DNA of 41,137 nt from a virus. Below the pieces are notes generated by a model, which worked only from the letters and a program-made list of their open reading frames with translations, did no database searches and had not been told where the DNA came from. The DNA lies in IMG/VR virus record IMGVR_UViG_3300000062_000003, positions 69,628 through 110,764 of that record, one strand, 5' to 3'. Shown one piece after another: positions 19,206 to 28,702 of this stretch. The position numbers and the translations under genes are program-made. Numbering within the stretch: position 1 is the first letter of the stretch; the number at the start of each line of letters is the position of its first letter.

Positions 19206-19977
19206 TATAGAAGAGTGTAAAAAAATACGAGCAGACTTATTAAATAAGTTTAAAGACCTTCAATTTGAAGAAGAGTCACATACTTATACACTACATGGGA
19301 AGGTACTGAAATCAGTATCTTCTCTTATTAAATATTTTGAGGTTCCTTTTGATGATGAGGTACAAGCAGCCTCTTATGCCAAAAAATATGGATTTACTAC
19401 TGAGCAAGTTTTGTCTTCTTGGAGAGGACATGCTAAAATGGCTACAGATAGGGGACATAAGGTACATACATTTGGGGAAAATTGGATAAACTACCAATTC
19501 TTTGAACAAGATAAGGAATTACCAATTCCCAAATGTTTACAAGAACTTGGTATAGTCCAATTTTGGCAGGATAATATTTTAAAATACGATTATCTTTATC
19601 CATTAATTATGGAACTTCAGATGTTCAGTCCAAAATATTATTATTCTGGAACAGCTGACATTTTGATACTAGATAGGCGTAATGGAAGCCTCCTCTGCCT
19701 AGACTACAAGACAAATGCGGACATATTCAAGAAAAGTTATAGTAATTTGATAGTTGATGGTTTTACAGATTATCCAAATACTGCATACTCACATTATGTA
19801 CTTCAACTATCTTTTTATAGTATCATGTTAATGGAGATGGGATATACTGTTAGTAACAGGACATTAATATGGCTAAATAAAGATGAACAAAACAAGAAAC
19901 TTTACAGACTTTACAAACTTCCATTTGTAGGAGAGTGGCTGTATCCCTGGCTAGAGGCTGGTGTATTTTTGAAATAA
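19198..19977 (+). CDS. PD-(D/E)XK (RecB/Cas4-like) exonuclease
   Basis: HTYT...SVSSLI...RGHKVH...SGTADIL...LDYKT...QLSFY. Confidence 0.8.
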   Translation: MISIEECKKIRADLLNKFKDLQFEEESHTYTLHGKVLKSVSSLIKYFEVPFDDEVQAASYAKKYGFTTEQVLSSWRGHAKMATDRGHKVHTFGENWINYQFFEQDKELPIPKCLQELGIVQFWQDNILKYDYLYPLIMELQMFSPKYYYSGTADILILDRRNGSLLCLDYKTNADIFKKSYSNLIVDGFTDYPNTAYSHYVLQLSFYSIMLMEMGYTVSNRTLIWLNKDEQNKKLYRLYKLPFVGEWLYPWLEAGVFLK

Positions 19978-19991
19978 ACTCTCAATAGGAA

Positions 19992-20023
19992 TTTGTAAAT
20001 CTGATAATTAATACTTTTCTTTG
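19992..20023 (+). promoter_or_regulatory. Probable Bacteroidota promoter for the tail-fibre cassette
   Basis: TTTG-N20-TTTCTTTG, with one mismatch in the -7 element. Confidence 0.5.
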
Positions 20024-20053
20024 TAGATTAGATAAACCTTAAACACAGTACAT

Positions 20054-20350
20054 ATGAATATCATCCTACAAAGAATGTTATGTTGTATAAAATCCCAAAT
20101 AAAAGAGTTATTTATTCTTTTGGATGGGAAGCAAGACCTATTAATTTCAGGAGTCAATATCAAGACTATAAATAATGAAAGTTTATTAGGTTCAGGCAAT
20201 ATTGATATCTCAGGAGGCTCTACCACAACAGTCCTAGACACCCTGACCTCTTCTTCCGCCACCGATGCTCTTTCTGCTAACCAAGGTAGGGTTTTAAATG
20301 TAATCAAAGCAGATAAAACAGACCTTGAGTGGAAAACTGAAGAGTGGTAA
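20054..20350 (+). CDS. Small tail-fibre-associated protein
   Basis: KQDLLISGVNIKTINNESLLGSGNIDI and ALSANQGRVL are recurrent phage tail-fibre repeat motifs. Confidence 0.7.
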   Translation: MNIILQRMLCCIKSQIKELFILLDGKQDLLISGVNIKTINNESLLGSGNIDISGGSTTTVLDTLTSSSATDALSANQGRVLNVIKADKTDLEWKTEEW

Positions 20351-20383
20351 ATCTTAATTTAATAACCTTAATATACTTAGAAA

Positions 20384-23300
20384 ATGATTCAGAATCATAA
20401 AACACTATCTGTTCCATTAGCTACTGACCCAGAAGATATATACTATGTATGGAGTCCCTCTAATAAACTTACAGGGATTTATTTAGTTTCTGGGGGTGCT
20501 GTATATGACATGTTAGATAAGGTGGTCAGGGTAGAGGATGGGAAAGGACTTTCCACCAATGACTTTACTGATGCCTATAAAAACCAAGTAGATGTTAATA
20601 AGCAAGATATTCTTGATTTAATTACAAACTTGGAGTCTTACTCTGTAGTAGCAGCTTTAAATAAAGCAGTAAAAGTGAGTACTACAGCAGGAGTATCTAC
20701 TGTAGATTTTGTGATAGACCCTAGTGATAAGGTACTTTCTCAATCTACAACAGGACTTCTATCAACTCTTTCACTCACACATGACTCTGATACAGGAGTA
20801 GTTTCACTAAAAGGAGTAGGGGATGTAGTTATTAGTTCCTTCAACTTACCATTAGATATGGTACTTGATTCAGTTGAACTTGTAGTAGACCCAGCAGGAC
20901 AACCTCCAGGAACATATATTAAATTTATTTTTGAGACAGCAAGTGGAAAAGAGCCTATATACTTAAATGTTACTGACCTTATTGTAGTATACACTGCAGG
21001 AAATGCGGGGATTAATGTCTCAACTGACTTTAAGATAAGCTTAGTAGTTGACCCTGCTTCTAACTTAGAAGTTAATACCAATGGTATTGGTATAAAAGCA
21101 GGATTTCAATTATTGTCTGATGCGCAGGCTACTAAGATAGCAAATTCTATTACAGAAGTAGTAACAACTGATACTACACATATTGAGTTACATGGTAAGG
21201 GAACAACTGCTGACCCACTTTCAGCAACTGCTGTAGGACTTGCAACTGCACAATCTGTCAGTGACTTGAAAAATGTTGTCTTAGAGTTAGATGGCAATAT
21301 TAAAACATATGAAGTACTAGGAGCAGCCAATAATGCTGTAGATGTTCAAACCACAGTCTTAACTAAACGAACAGTAGTTCAGTTAAAAATAGACCCAGTT
21401 GACCAAGTTCTAACACAATCTTCTGCTGGATTGTTGGCAAATTTAGCTATTCAGAAAATAACCACTCCTGCCACAGGAATGGAAGCCCAGTATAAGTTAG
21501 TAGGTGAAGATGGTACAACAGCTATTGGAGTAACTATTGATATACCAAAGGCGCAGTCATTTACTGATATAAATCTGATTTATAAAGCAGACCAAGCAGC
21601 AGTAGATTTGGCTGATGATAGAGGAACAACCCTGACCCTGGGAAATTCATATTTATGTGTAGAACTAACACTAAGCACAGGAAGTGTATGGTTATATAGA
21701 GATGTAACAGATTTAGTTGATACTTATGCCTCAGGTAATGCTGCTATTGATGTAACAGATTATAAAATAAGTCTGGTTATTGACCCTACATCCCATTTGG
21801 AGATTAACACTAATGGTTTAGGCATTGAGAATGGCTATCAATTAATGACAGATGCTCAAGTAGCAAAGTTAATAGAAGCTTTAACTGAAGTTATCACAGA
21901 GGATACTAGGCATATAGCATTTTCAGGTAAGGGTACTGCTGCTAATCCTCTAAAAGCAGAGCCTATTGATTTGGTTGAAGAGGTACTTGAACCAGACCCT
22001 ACAACTTTAGTATCAATTTACCAACATTCTAATTATCAGGCTCCTTATAATTGTGGTGTGAAGGCTCCAAATGGATTAATATATTTTGGAACACAAGCAT
22101 CTACCATTATACAGATAGATGAAACAACAGATACAGCAACTGTTATGACTTTACTTCCAGGAGCAGTGGCCAATGATAGAATCAACTGTTGTATTGTTAG
22201 TAAGGCAGGAGATACTTACTTTGGGGGAGTAAAGGGACTGTGGAAGCTTGACCCTTCTTCTGGTAGTTTTATTCATGTAGTGGATAATCTAACTATTCAA
22301 GGACAACCTGTTGATATAAACATTGAAACTATAGTAGAACATTCAGATGGGAGTATATACTTTACTAACACTATGTCAGGTATATACAGAATAAATGCGG
22401 ACAATTCAGTAGACCACATATATTATAGAATAGGTACCCCCAGTTCTCAAAATAGAACATATTTAGCAGAGAAGATATTGAATGGTGAGGTATTTGTTAC
22501 TTTGTATACTAATTATGCTATTTTAAATGTAAATGGTACCCTAACAAATATTTCTGGAGCTTCTTCTACTACTGTTAAGTTTATCCGTGGTACAGATGGT
22601 ATTATATATTGTTATAGGCGTAGTGTATCTCCCTTCCCATTGTTCAAGATTGAGCAAATAGGACAAAGTTATCAGTCATCACAGGTAATTGGAATGTACG
22701 CCGATTTAGTTTGTACTTATAAGAATGACACTTATGCTTTCCATCAAGGAATTTACAAATTAAATAAGAATACAGGATTATTTGAAACTTTTCAAACAAT
22801 AGGAGGGTATTATGTTGTAATGGCAGATACTGATGTAAATGGAGATTTAATACTATTTACAAGGAATGAAGGTGAATGGATACTAGATATGTCTAAAAAC
22901 GAATTTGTTCGGCTTACCCCACGGACTGACTATGGAGGAGTTGCTGTTAAAGATTCTGGAAATTCTTTTTATATAGGAGGCAATGGAGATTATAACAATA
23001 GGATATGGAAATTAACATTAGGAAATGACCCAATTTGTGCTCGTAGGTATAAACAATGGGTTGATATCTCTGGAAAACTTAGGGAAATTGATGGTTTACA
23101 AGCTGATGTTAATGTTCTGAGAGACGAACTAGATACTATAGAACAAGAAAAGCTCTCTAAAGTAATTACTCAAGATTCTTCAACAGTAACATTTACAGGA
23201 GAGGGAACTCAAGCATCACCCCTGACTGCCATAGCATCCACTACAGGAGGAGTAGAAGAAGCTCCAAATGATAATAAGGTATATGCTAGACAGAATGAAG

Positions 23301-25048
23301 ATTGGACAGATATAACAGATACTCTAGCTGCTGTAACAACCATTCAAACTTCTATCACAAATATTGAAGGTGATATTTCGGATATTCAAGATGAGTTAGA
23401 TGGATTTGTTAAGTTAGAATCAGCGACTACACAGGTAATAGATTCGAACCTCACCCTGACCAAGGATAGTAAATTAATGCTCCAACGTTCTAATGGAGCA
23501 CATGAAAATGCAATATCAATTGGTATATATGGCACATATGAACAAGAAGAGATAGGCTCTGAGGCTGACCCAACTTGTTTAAATCATAATGCTAAAGCAT
23601 CCGATGGAACAGTTGTAGGGAAAAACATTATTGTTAATTACAAAGATGAACTAGGAGTTAATCAAGTAGATGCAGTAGCTTATCTATCAGATATTCCAAC
23701 TGTAGAACCATTAGAGACAGAAGATACAACTCATATCCATCTTTCTGGAGCTGGCTCTTTAATAGACCCATTAAAGGCAACAGCTGTAGACTTGGTGGAG
23801 GAGGTATCACCACCCTCTGGTTCTGAAGGTATAGTACCTACAAACCTTATTACTGGAGGATTTCAAGGAGGAGGACTATCTGCGGATGAAACATTGTATT
23901 TTTTTAGTAGTTCAGGACTGGGAATTTGGAAATTAGACCCTACCACAGAGGATATAATCTCTACAAATGATACTACAGGGTGGTTCAGGACAAGTGTCCA
24001 ATCTGCTGCTGGGGATTTATATTTTGGTACAGCCAGTTCGGGTATTCTGAAACTCAATTCTAGTACTGGCAATATAGACCAAACTAATGTTACTACAGGT
24101 ACATATCCTTCAGGTGAGGTATCTAGTGATGGTGTCTTATATTTCTGTGGTTCTGGTTCTGGTGGTACTTTAGGAATCCGTAAACTAGACTCAGTTACTG
24201 GAAATATCATTCCAACAAATATTACTTCTGGTACTTTTAATTACTGTGGTCTCTCTTCAGATGGTACTTTATATTTCTGTGGTTCGGCACCTTCTCCAGG
24301 CATCTGGAAACTTGATTCTAACACAGGAGATATAATTCCTACAAATGTTATCACTGGAGGGTTCAATTATTGTGGACAATCTGCTGATGGAACATTGTAC
24401 TTTCTTGGGAACTCTACCACAGGCATCTGGAAACTTGATTCTAACACAGGAGATATTGTCCCTACTAATGTTATAGATAAGAGTTTTATTCATTGTGGAA
24501 TAACAAGTGATGGTGTCTTATATTTTTGTGGTGCAGCAGGTATTTATAAGTTGGATATAGATGGAAGTATAGTAGAAGTTAGTTCAACTATTAACACAAG
24601 ATATTGTATATTGGCAGTAAATAATGATTTTTATTTTTGTAGTGTTAGTAGTGGTATCTACAAACTAGACTCAGTTACTGGAAATATCATTCCAACAAAT
24701 ATTACTTCTGGAGGATTTAATAGTGGAGTTTTATCTAGTGATGGAATGTTATATTTTTGTAGTGATTCAGAAGGACTTTTCAAATTAAACCCTTCCACAG
24801 GTTTAATATACGCCCGAAAATATCAAGAATGGCTACCAATAGATGAGCAGATTGCGAAAGCAAATGTTATTCAACTTGGAGGTTCAGCTACAGAGTTCTT
24901 AGCCAAAGATGGTCAATACCATCCTGTAGCAGCGCCAACAGATGTAGTAAAGAGTACAGATGTACAAATAATTAAGTATATGACTCTGGCTGATTACCAT
25001 GATGTTTCATTCACTCCTGTACCTGGGGTATTATATCTTCTATCATGA
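20384..25048 (+). CDS. Long modular tail fibre/receptor-binding protein with two beta-propeller-like domains
   Basis: GKGLSTNDFTDAYK, GxGT..PL and EEAPNDNKVYARQNEDW fibre motifs; about 40-aa repeats (DGxLYF...GIWKLD...GNIIPTN). Confidence 0.75.
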   Translation: MIQNHKTLSVPLATDPEDIYYVWSPSNKLTGIYLVSGGAVYDMLDKVVRVEDGKGLSTNDFTDAYKNQVDVNKQDILDLITNLESYSVVAALNKAVKVSTTAGVSTVDFVIDPSDKVLSQSTTGLLSTLSLTHDSDTGVVSLKGVGDVVISSFNLPLDMVLDSVELVVDPAGQPPGTYIKFIFETASGKEPIYLNVTDLIVVYTAGNAGINVSTDFKISLVVDPASNLEVNTNGIGIKAGFQLLSDAQATKIANSITEVVTTDTTHIELHGKGTTADPLSATAVGLATAQSVSDLKNVVLELDGNIKTYEVLGAANNAVDVQTTVLTKRTVVQLKIDPVDQVLTQSSAGLLANLAIQKITTPATGMEAQYKLVGEDGTTAIGVTIDIPKAQSFTDINLIYKADQAAVDLADDRGTTLTLGNSYLCVELTLSTGSVWLYRDVTDLVDTYASGNAAIDVTDYKISLVIDPTSHLEINTNGLGIENGYQLMTDAQVAKLIEALTEVITEDTRHIAFSGKGTAANPLKAEPIDLVEEVLEPDPTTLVSIYQHSNYQAPYNCGVKAPNGLIYFGTQASTIIQIDETTDTATVMTLLPGAVANDRINCCIVSKAGDTYFGGVKGLWKLDPSSGSFIHVVDNLTIQGQPVDINIETIVEHSDGSIYFTNTMSGIYRINADNSVDHIYYRIGTPSSQNRTYLAEKILNGEVFVTLYTNYAILNVNGTLTNISGASSTTVKFIRGTDGIIYCYRRSVSPFPLFKIEQIGQSYQSSQVIGMYADLVCTYKNDTYAFHQGIYKLNKNTGLFETFQTIGGYYVVMADTDVNGDLILFTRNEGEWILDMSKNEFVRLTPRTDYGGVAVKDSGNSFYIGGNGDYNNRIWKLTLGNDPICARRYKQWVDISGKLREIDGLQADVNVLRDELDTIEQEKLSKVITQDSSTVTFTGEGTQASPLTAIASTTGGVEEAPNDNKVYARQNEDWTDITDTLAAVTTIQTSITNIEGDISDIQDELDGFVKLESATTQVIDSNLTLTKDSKLMLQRSNGAHENAISIGIYGTYEQEEIGSEADPTCLNHNAKASDGTVVGKNIIVNYKDELGVNQVDAVAYLSDIPTVEPLETEDTTHIHLSGAGSLIDPLKATAVDLVEEVSPPSGSEGIVPTNLITGGFQGGGLSADETLYFFSSSGLGIWKLDPTTEDIISTNDTTGWFRTSVQSAAGDLYFGTASSGILKLNSSTGNIDQTNVTTGTYPSGEVSSDGVLYFCGSGSGGTLGIRKLDSVTGNIIPTNITSGTFNYCGLSSDGTLYFCGSAPSPGIWKLDSNTGDIIPTNVITGGFNYCGQSADGTLYFLGNSTTGIWKLDSNTGDIVPTNVIDKSFIHCGITSDGVLYFCGAAGIYKLDIDGSIVEVSSTINTRYCILAVNNDFYFCSVSSGIYKLDSVTGNIIPTNITSGGFNSGVLSSDGMLYFCSDSEGLFKLNPSTGLIYARKYQEWLPIDEQIAKANVIQLGGSATEFLAKDGQYHPVAAPTDVVKSTDVQIIKYMTLADYHDVSFTPVPGVLYLLS
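24182..24711 (+). repeat. Exact direct repeats inside the second propeller
   Basis: 50-bp identical copies at 24182-24231 and 24662-24711; 37-bp identical copies at 24297-24333 and 24420-24456. Confidence 0.9.
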
Positions 25049-25803
25049 TAATATTAAATAACAACACAATGACTGACTTGCATGTGGGAAGTATTCCTCT
25101 CATGCAAGCAGTGTTAGATACAAATATTGTATGGGAACGGGAACTTATCAAACCTGGGTTAGTTCAACACTACGATGCTATAAACAACACAGGCAGCGGG
25201 CATAATTCCTCAGCTACTACATGGAAGGATTTAGTTGGTACTAATGATGGTACTTTACAATTAGGAGTAAATTGGTTACCTAATTCTTTAAATTTTACTG
25301 CTGGAAGAGTACAGTTTAATGGAGCGTTAACAACATCATTTACTTTAATGTCAACTATGAGTATAGAAAAAACAGGTACTCATCCAAGATGGACAGCTGA
25401 CCCACAATATCCAACTATATACCATCATACAAATGCAGGTGCTCAAAATATGTATGCATTTGGTTGGTACTCTTTAGCAGGTGGGGGTCTTACTACATAT
25501 GATGACACATTCAATGCTAGACCACAAGCAGTATTACCTCCTGACAACGAGATTTATCATATAGCAGTTAGATATGATGAGAATACTAGAATTGCAGAAC
25601 TATTTTTGAATGGTACTAAAGTAGCACAAACAACTAGACCTGTATGGAGTGGACAATCTGTAGTTACTGCTTATTTAGGAGGGAATGCTACAACTACACG
25701 ATTTATGACAGGTACTATTTCAGACTATTTAAGGTATGATAGGCCACTGGAAGATTGGGAAATTCATCATAATTCTCTAGTATCTTTGAAAAGGTTTACT
25801 TAA
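25045..25803 (+). CDS. LamG/concanavalin A-like domain tail-associated protein
   Basis: GLVQHYDA...WKDLVGTNDG...YHIAVRYD...LFLNG...GTISDYLRYDRPL. Confidence 0.75.
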   Translation: MIILNNNTMTDLHVGSIPLMQAVLDTNIVWERELIKPGLVQHYDAINNTGSGHNSSATTWKDLVGTNDGTLQLGVNWLPNSLNFTAGRVQFNGALTTSFTLMSTMSIEKTGTHPRWTADPQYPTIYHHTNAGAQNMYAFGWYSLAGGGLTTYDDTFNARPQAVLPPDNEIYHIAVRYDENTRIAELFLNGTKVAQTTRPVWSGQSVVTAYLGGNATTTRFMTGTISDYLRYDRPLEDWEIHHNSLVSLKRFT

Positions 25804-25805
25804 TA

Positions 25806-25860
25806 AACACTTTTTAACATCCCAAACACAAGGTAGGTAATTAATTTTACCTACCTTTGT
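25806..25860 (+). repeat. 55-bp promoter/palindrome repeat, copy A2 (spacer inverted)
   Basis: AAGGTAGGTAA-ttaatt-TTACCTACCTT at 25830-25857, with the same flanks as A1. Confidence 0.9.
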
Positions 25861-25883
25861 TGTATAAATAAAATACAAAAAAA

Positions 25884-26261
25884 ATGAAAACATTACAGAA
25901 AGTAACAGACTGCATTAAAACCTATGAAGATGCGTGTGCGGAATTGGGCATTGTGCCTATTGATGAAAATACATTGTTAAGCAATGGATTTACCAAAGAT
26001 GAAATTGCATACCGTAAAATTAAAACCATCACCGCCGCATTGAATGAAGGCTGGCTTCCTGATTGGAGCGATGAAAATCAAAAGAAGTGGATACCATGGT
26101 TCTATCCTAATTCTTCTTCGGGCTTCGTTTTCGACGATACGACTTACAGCTATTCGACTGCGTATGCGGGTTACGGGTTGCGCCTTTGCTTCAAAACGGA
26201 CGCGTTGGCAAAATATGCAGGAACACAGTTCACAGACTTGTATGAGGAATTTATGATGTAA
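25884..26261 (+). CDS. DGR-target-like protein (paralogue 2)
   Basis: IKTYEDAC...ALNEGWLPDW...GLRLCFKT; CG-rich codons unlike the flanks; a VR-like stretch at about 26112-26189. Confidence 0.6.
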   Translation: MKTLQKVTDCIKTYEDACAELGIVPIDENTLLSNGFTKDEIAYRKIKTITAALNEGWLPDWSDENQKKWIPWFYPNSSSGFVFDDTTYSYSTAYAGYGLRLCFKTDALAKYAGTQFTDLYEEFMM

Positions 26262-26265
26262 AAAT

Positions 26266-26748
26266 ATGATGCTGAATAAAGAAACATTATCAGAGGTTGT
26301 TACCATTATTAATGATACTCTTCCGAAACTACAAAATAAATTAGTTATAACAGGGTCATTTGCACTTTGTTGTTATGATTTAGTGGATGAAATTAATGAT
26401 ATTGATATAGTAGTACATTGGAAAGATTGTGCTGCTATAGAAAAGTACATAGAACAATGTTTGGGTGGCAAGAAAATGTGTATGAACATTAATGAGGAAG
26501 ACTATGATGATGTATTAAACTATAAAGTAGTTATAGGAGACTATACATTTAACTTTCTTAGTGATACTTTTATTACACAAACTCCACTATTTAAAGTAGC
26601 AGATAATATTTGGATGGATACTTTAAACAATATTATTACTGCTAAAAAACACTGTAAAAGACAGAAAGATGCGGAGATGTTTAAACATATTCTTACAAAA
26701 TTAGCTTATAAAATGAACCAAGACAATGATATGGTTTTAATAATTTAG
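26266..26748 (+). CDS. Nucleotidyltransferase (Pol-beta superfamily)
   Basis: VITGSFAL...NDIDIVV motif and C-terminal K...RQKD. Confidence 0.7.
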   Translation: MMLNKETLSEVVTIINDTLPKLQNKLVITGSFALCCYDLVDEINDIDIVVHWKDCAAIEKYIEQCLGGKKMCMNINEEDYDDVLNYKVVIGDYTFNFLSDTFITQTPLFKVADNIWMDTLNNIITAKKHCKRQKDAEMFKHILTKLAYKMNQDNDMVLII

Positions 26749-26755
26749 AATAAAT

Positions 26756-27001
26756 ATGTTAAAATTAACCAGAAATATAATAATATTTATAGGAATACTT
26801 ATAGGAGGTATTTCTTGCAATACCAGAGATAATATAGTATATTATGGACATGATAGGGTAATTGTCCAGTTAGATAGTATTACTTATTGTTTAGTTCCTG
26901 CTCAAGGTGGTGGTAAGCCAACTGTTTTTACGATTAATTCTATTAACAATCATATTATAGAGAATAATGAAGAAAAAAGTACTAGTAATTTATCACAGTA
27001 G
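26756..27001 (+). CDS. Putative lipoprotein
   Basis: Basic N-terminus, hydrophobic stretch and lipobox-like GISC. Confidence 0.5.
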   Translation: MLKLTRNIIIFIGILIGGISCNTRDNIVYYGHDRVIVQLDSITYCLVPAQGGGKPTVFTINSINNHIIENNEEKSTSNLSQ

Positions 27002-28148
27002 TGATTTAGATGGGATTTGCTCCAGAGACATCTCTAAGAAGTGGGCACGAGAGTGCGGTCATGATATTACAAGTATTGGGTGGACTCATAACAACCCTGA
27101 CCCCGTGATAGGAGATGAATATAACATAGTAGTAATAGCTGATATAATGTTAGGTATTCAAACAATGTGCAATCTCCATAAGCAAGCACTAGAAGGTAAA
27201 AAGGAAGTTATTTGGATAGACCATCATTTCACCTCTATGGAGCTAGCTAAAGAGCATGGTTTGACTCATTTTAAAGGTATCCAGAGAATTGGAACCGCAG
27301 CATGTGCACTTTGTTGGGAATACTTCTTTGATAGCCGTGTACCGCAAGCAGTGCAGTTATTAAGTGCATATGATGTCTGGGATAAAAACCTAGCTGATTG
27401 GAATACTATAACACTGCCTTTTCAGTATGGTATGAGATTGTATGATGAAATTCCTGAAACATTTCTCCAATATGATTATAAAAGTATTGGAAAGCTAGTA
27501 TATCTGGAGGATGTAATTAACATAGGAAATAGTATTATAGCTTTCGAAAAACAGAAACATACAAAAAATTGTGCAAGTTCAGCTTTTGAAGCACATATCT
27601 ATGGTTACAAAGCTATCTGTCTAAACACTTTAGATTTCTCTTCCAATACATTTTCTTCAATTTGGGATGAGGATAGGTATGATGTAATGTTTGCATTTGC
27701 ATATACAGGACAGGGAGTAAGGTGCAGTCTTTATACTACAAATGATATAAATTGTGGTGATATAGCTAAGAAGTTTGGTGGCGGTGGTCACAAGAAAGCT
27801 GCTGGATTTCTTTTATCTGTAAATAAGTTAGCAGAATTTTTATATACAAGGCAACTAACTATTCCAATAGATGAAAAAGCAGAACAAGCAATTTATATAG
27901 TAGAGGAGTATGACAATGGAGAATATCCTGGAATTAATGGCAATGAGATTAGGTTGATAGTTGGTAATAATCCCACACCAGGGTCTTTATTTACACCAAA
28001 TAAAGGACAAGACATTTTGAGAGTGATGGATACAGTTGCCTCAGGAGTTGGGAGGTATGAAGTAATTTTTAGAATATACACAGATAGCATGACTAAGTAT
28101 ATTTCTAATGTTCATTTGTGTAAAGACCAAATTTTAACTTTTTATTGA
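26967..28148 (+). CDS. DHH/DHHA1 phosphoesterase
   Basis: YH..DLDG, WIDHH and GGGGHKKAAGF motifs, plus an extra C-terminal region of about 100 aa. Confidence 0.9.
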   Translation: MKKKVLVIYHSSDLDGICSRDISKKWARECGHDITSIGWTHNNPDPVIGDEYNIVVIADIMLGIQTMCNLHKQALEGKKEVIWIDHHFTSMELAKEHGLTHFKGIQRIGTAACALCWEYFFDSRVPQAVQLLSAYDVWDKNLADWNTITLPFQYGMRLYDEIPETFLQYDYKSIGKLVYLEDVINIGNSIIAFEKQKHTKNCASSAFEAHIYGYKAICLNTLDFSSNTFSSIWDEDRYDVMFAFAYTGQGVRCSLYTTNDINCGDIAKKFGGGGHKKAAGFLLSVNKLAEFLYTRQLTIPIDEKAEQAIYIVEEYDNGEYPGINGNEIRLIVGNNPTPGSLFTPNKGQDILRVMDTVASGVGRYEVIFRIYTDSMTKYISNVHLCKDQILTFY

Positions 28149-28154
28149 AGGAGA

Positions 28155-28628
28155 ATGCACAGAGATACTATTTCTAAAGTTCTAGAGCTACAGCAAGATG
28201 GCGAAATTGCATTAGGATATCATGACATACTATGTGGCGAGCATATCGCCACTGGTGCTTATAGAACTGTGTATGATTGTGCAATTGGAAAAGACCTTGT
28301 AGTTAAAATCGAGTATGATATTTCTGGTTTTGAAAATGTAACAGAATATAGAATTTGGGATTTAGTTGCAGGGACAGAGTATGAAAAGTGGTTTGCTCCA
28401 GTAGTACGTATTGCAGATAATGGTAGAATACTTTTACAAAAGAAAGTAAAACCACTTCCTGAAAATTATGAACTTCCTAAGAGGCTTCCTGCTTTCCTTA
28501 CAGACATTAAACATGCTAACTTCGGGTTGTATAAAGGACATTTAGTTGCATGTGATTACTCATTTACTCTTTATAGACTAGGGGATATGGGATTAAATAA
28601 CAAAACTCGAAAAGCTGATTGGTATTAA
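28155..28628 (+). CDS. Minimal protein-kinase-like protein
   Basis: IATGAYRTVY (Gly-loop-like), VVK, E, DIKHANFG (catalytic loop) and CDY. Confidence 0.65.
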   Translation: MHRDTISKVLELQQDGEIALGYHDILCGEHIATGAYRTVYDCAIGKDLVVKIEYDISGFENVTEYRIWDLVAGTEYEKWFAPVVRIADNGRILLQKKVKPLPENYELPKRLPAFLTDIKHANFGLYKGHLVACDYSFTLYRLGDMGLNNKTRKADWY

Positions 28629-28633
28629 TATAT

Positions 28634-28679
28634 TTTAACTCAAAAGCGCATATAATTTGTGATTTAAAATATATCTTTG
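28634..28679 (+). promoter_or_regulatory. Promoter (-7 TATCTTTG with upstream TTTAAC)
   Basis: TATCTTTG at 28672-79; TTTAAC starts 38 nt upstream, as in the other promoters. Confidence 0.6.
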
Positions 28680-28702
28680 CATAACAATAAAAAAAATTAA
28701 GT

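Noticed and set aside
19198-19977. Cas4 as part of a CRISPR-Cas system
   Set aside because: No Fe-S cysteine cluster, other cas genes or array; stand-alone PD-(D/E)XK nucleases are common in phages.
17495-26261. Complete DGR in the window
   Set aside because: No reverse transcriptase or AAY-rich template repeat was found, and the two VR-like segments also differ at non-adenine positions, so neither is the template of the other.
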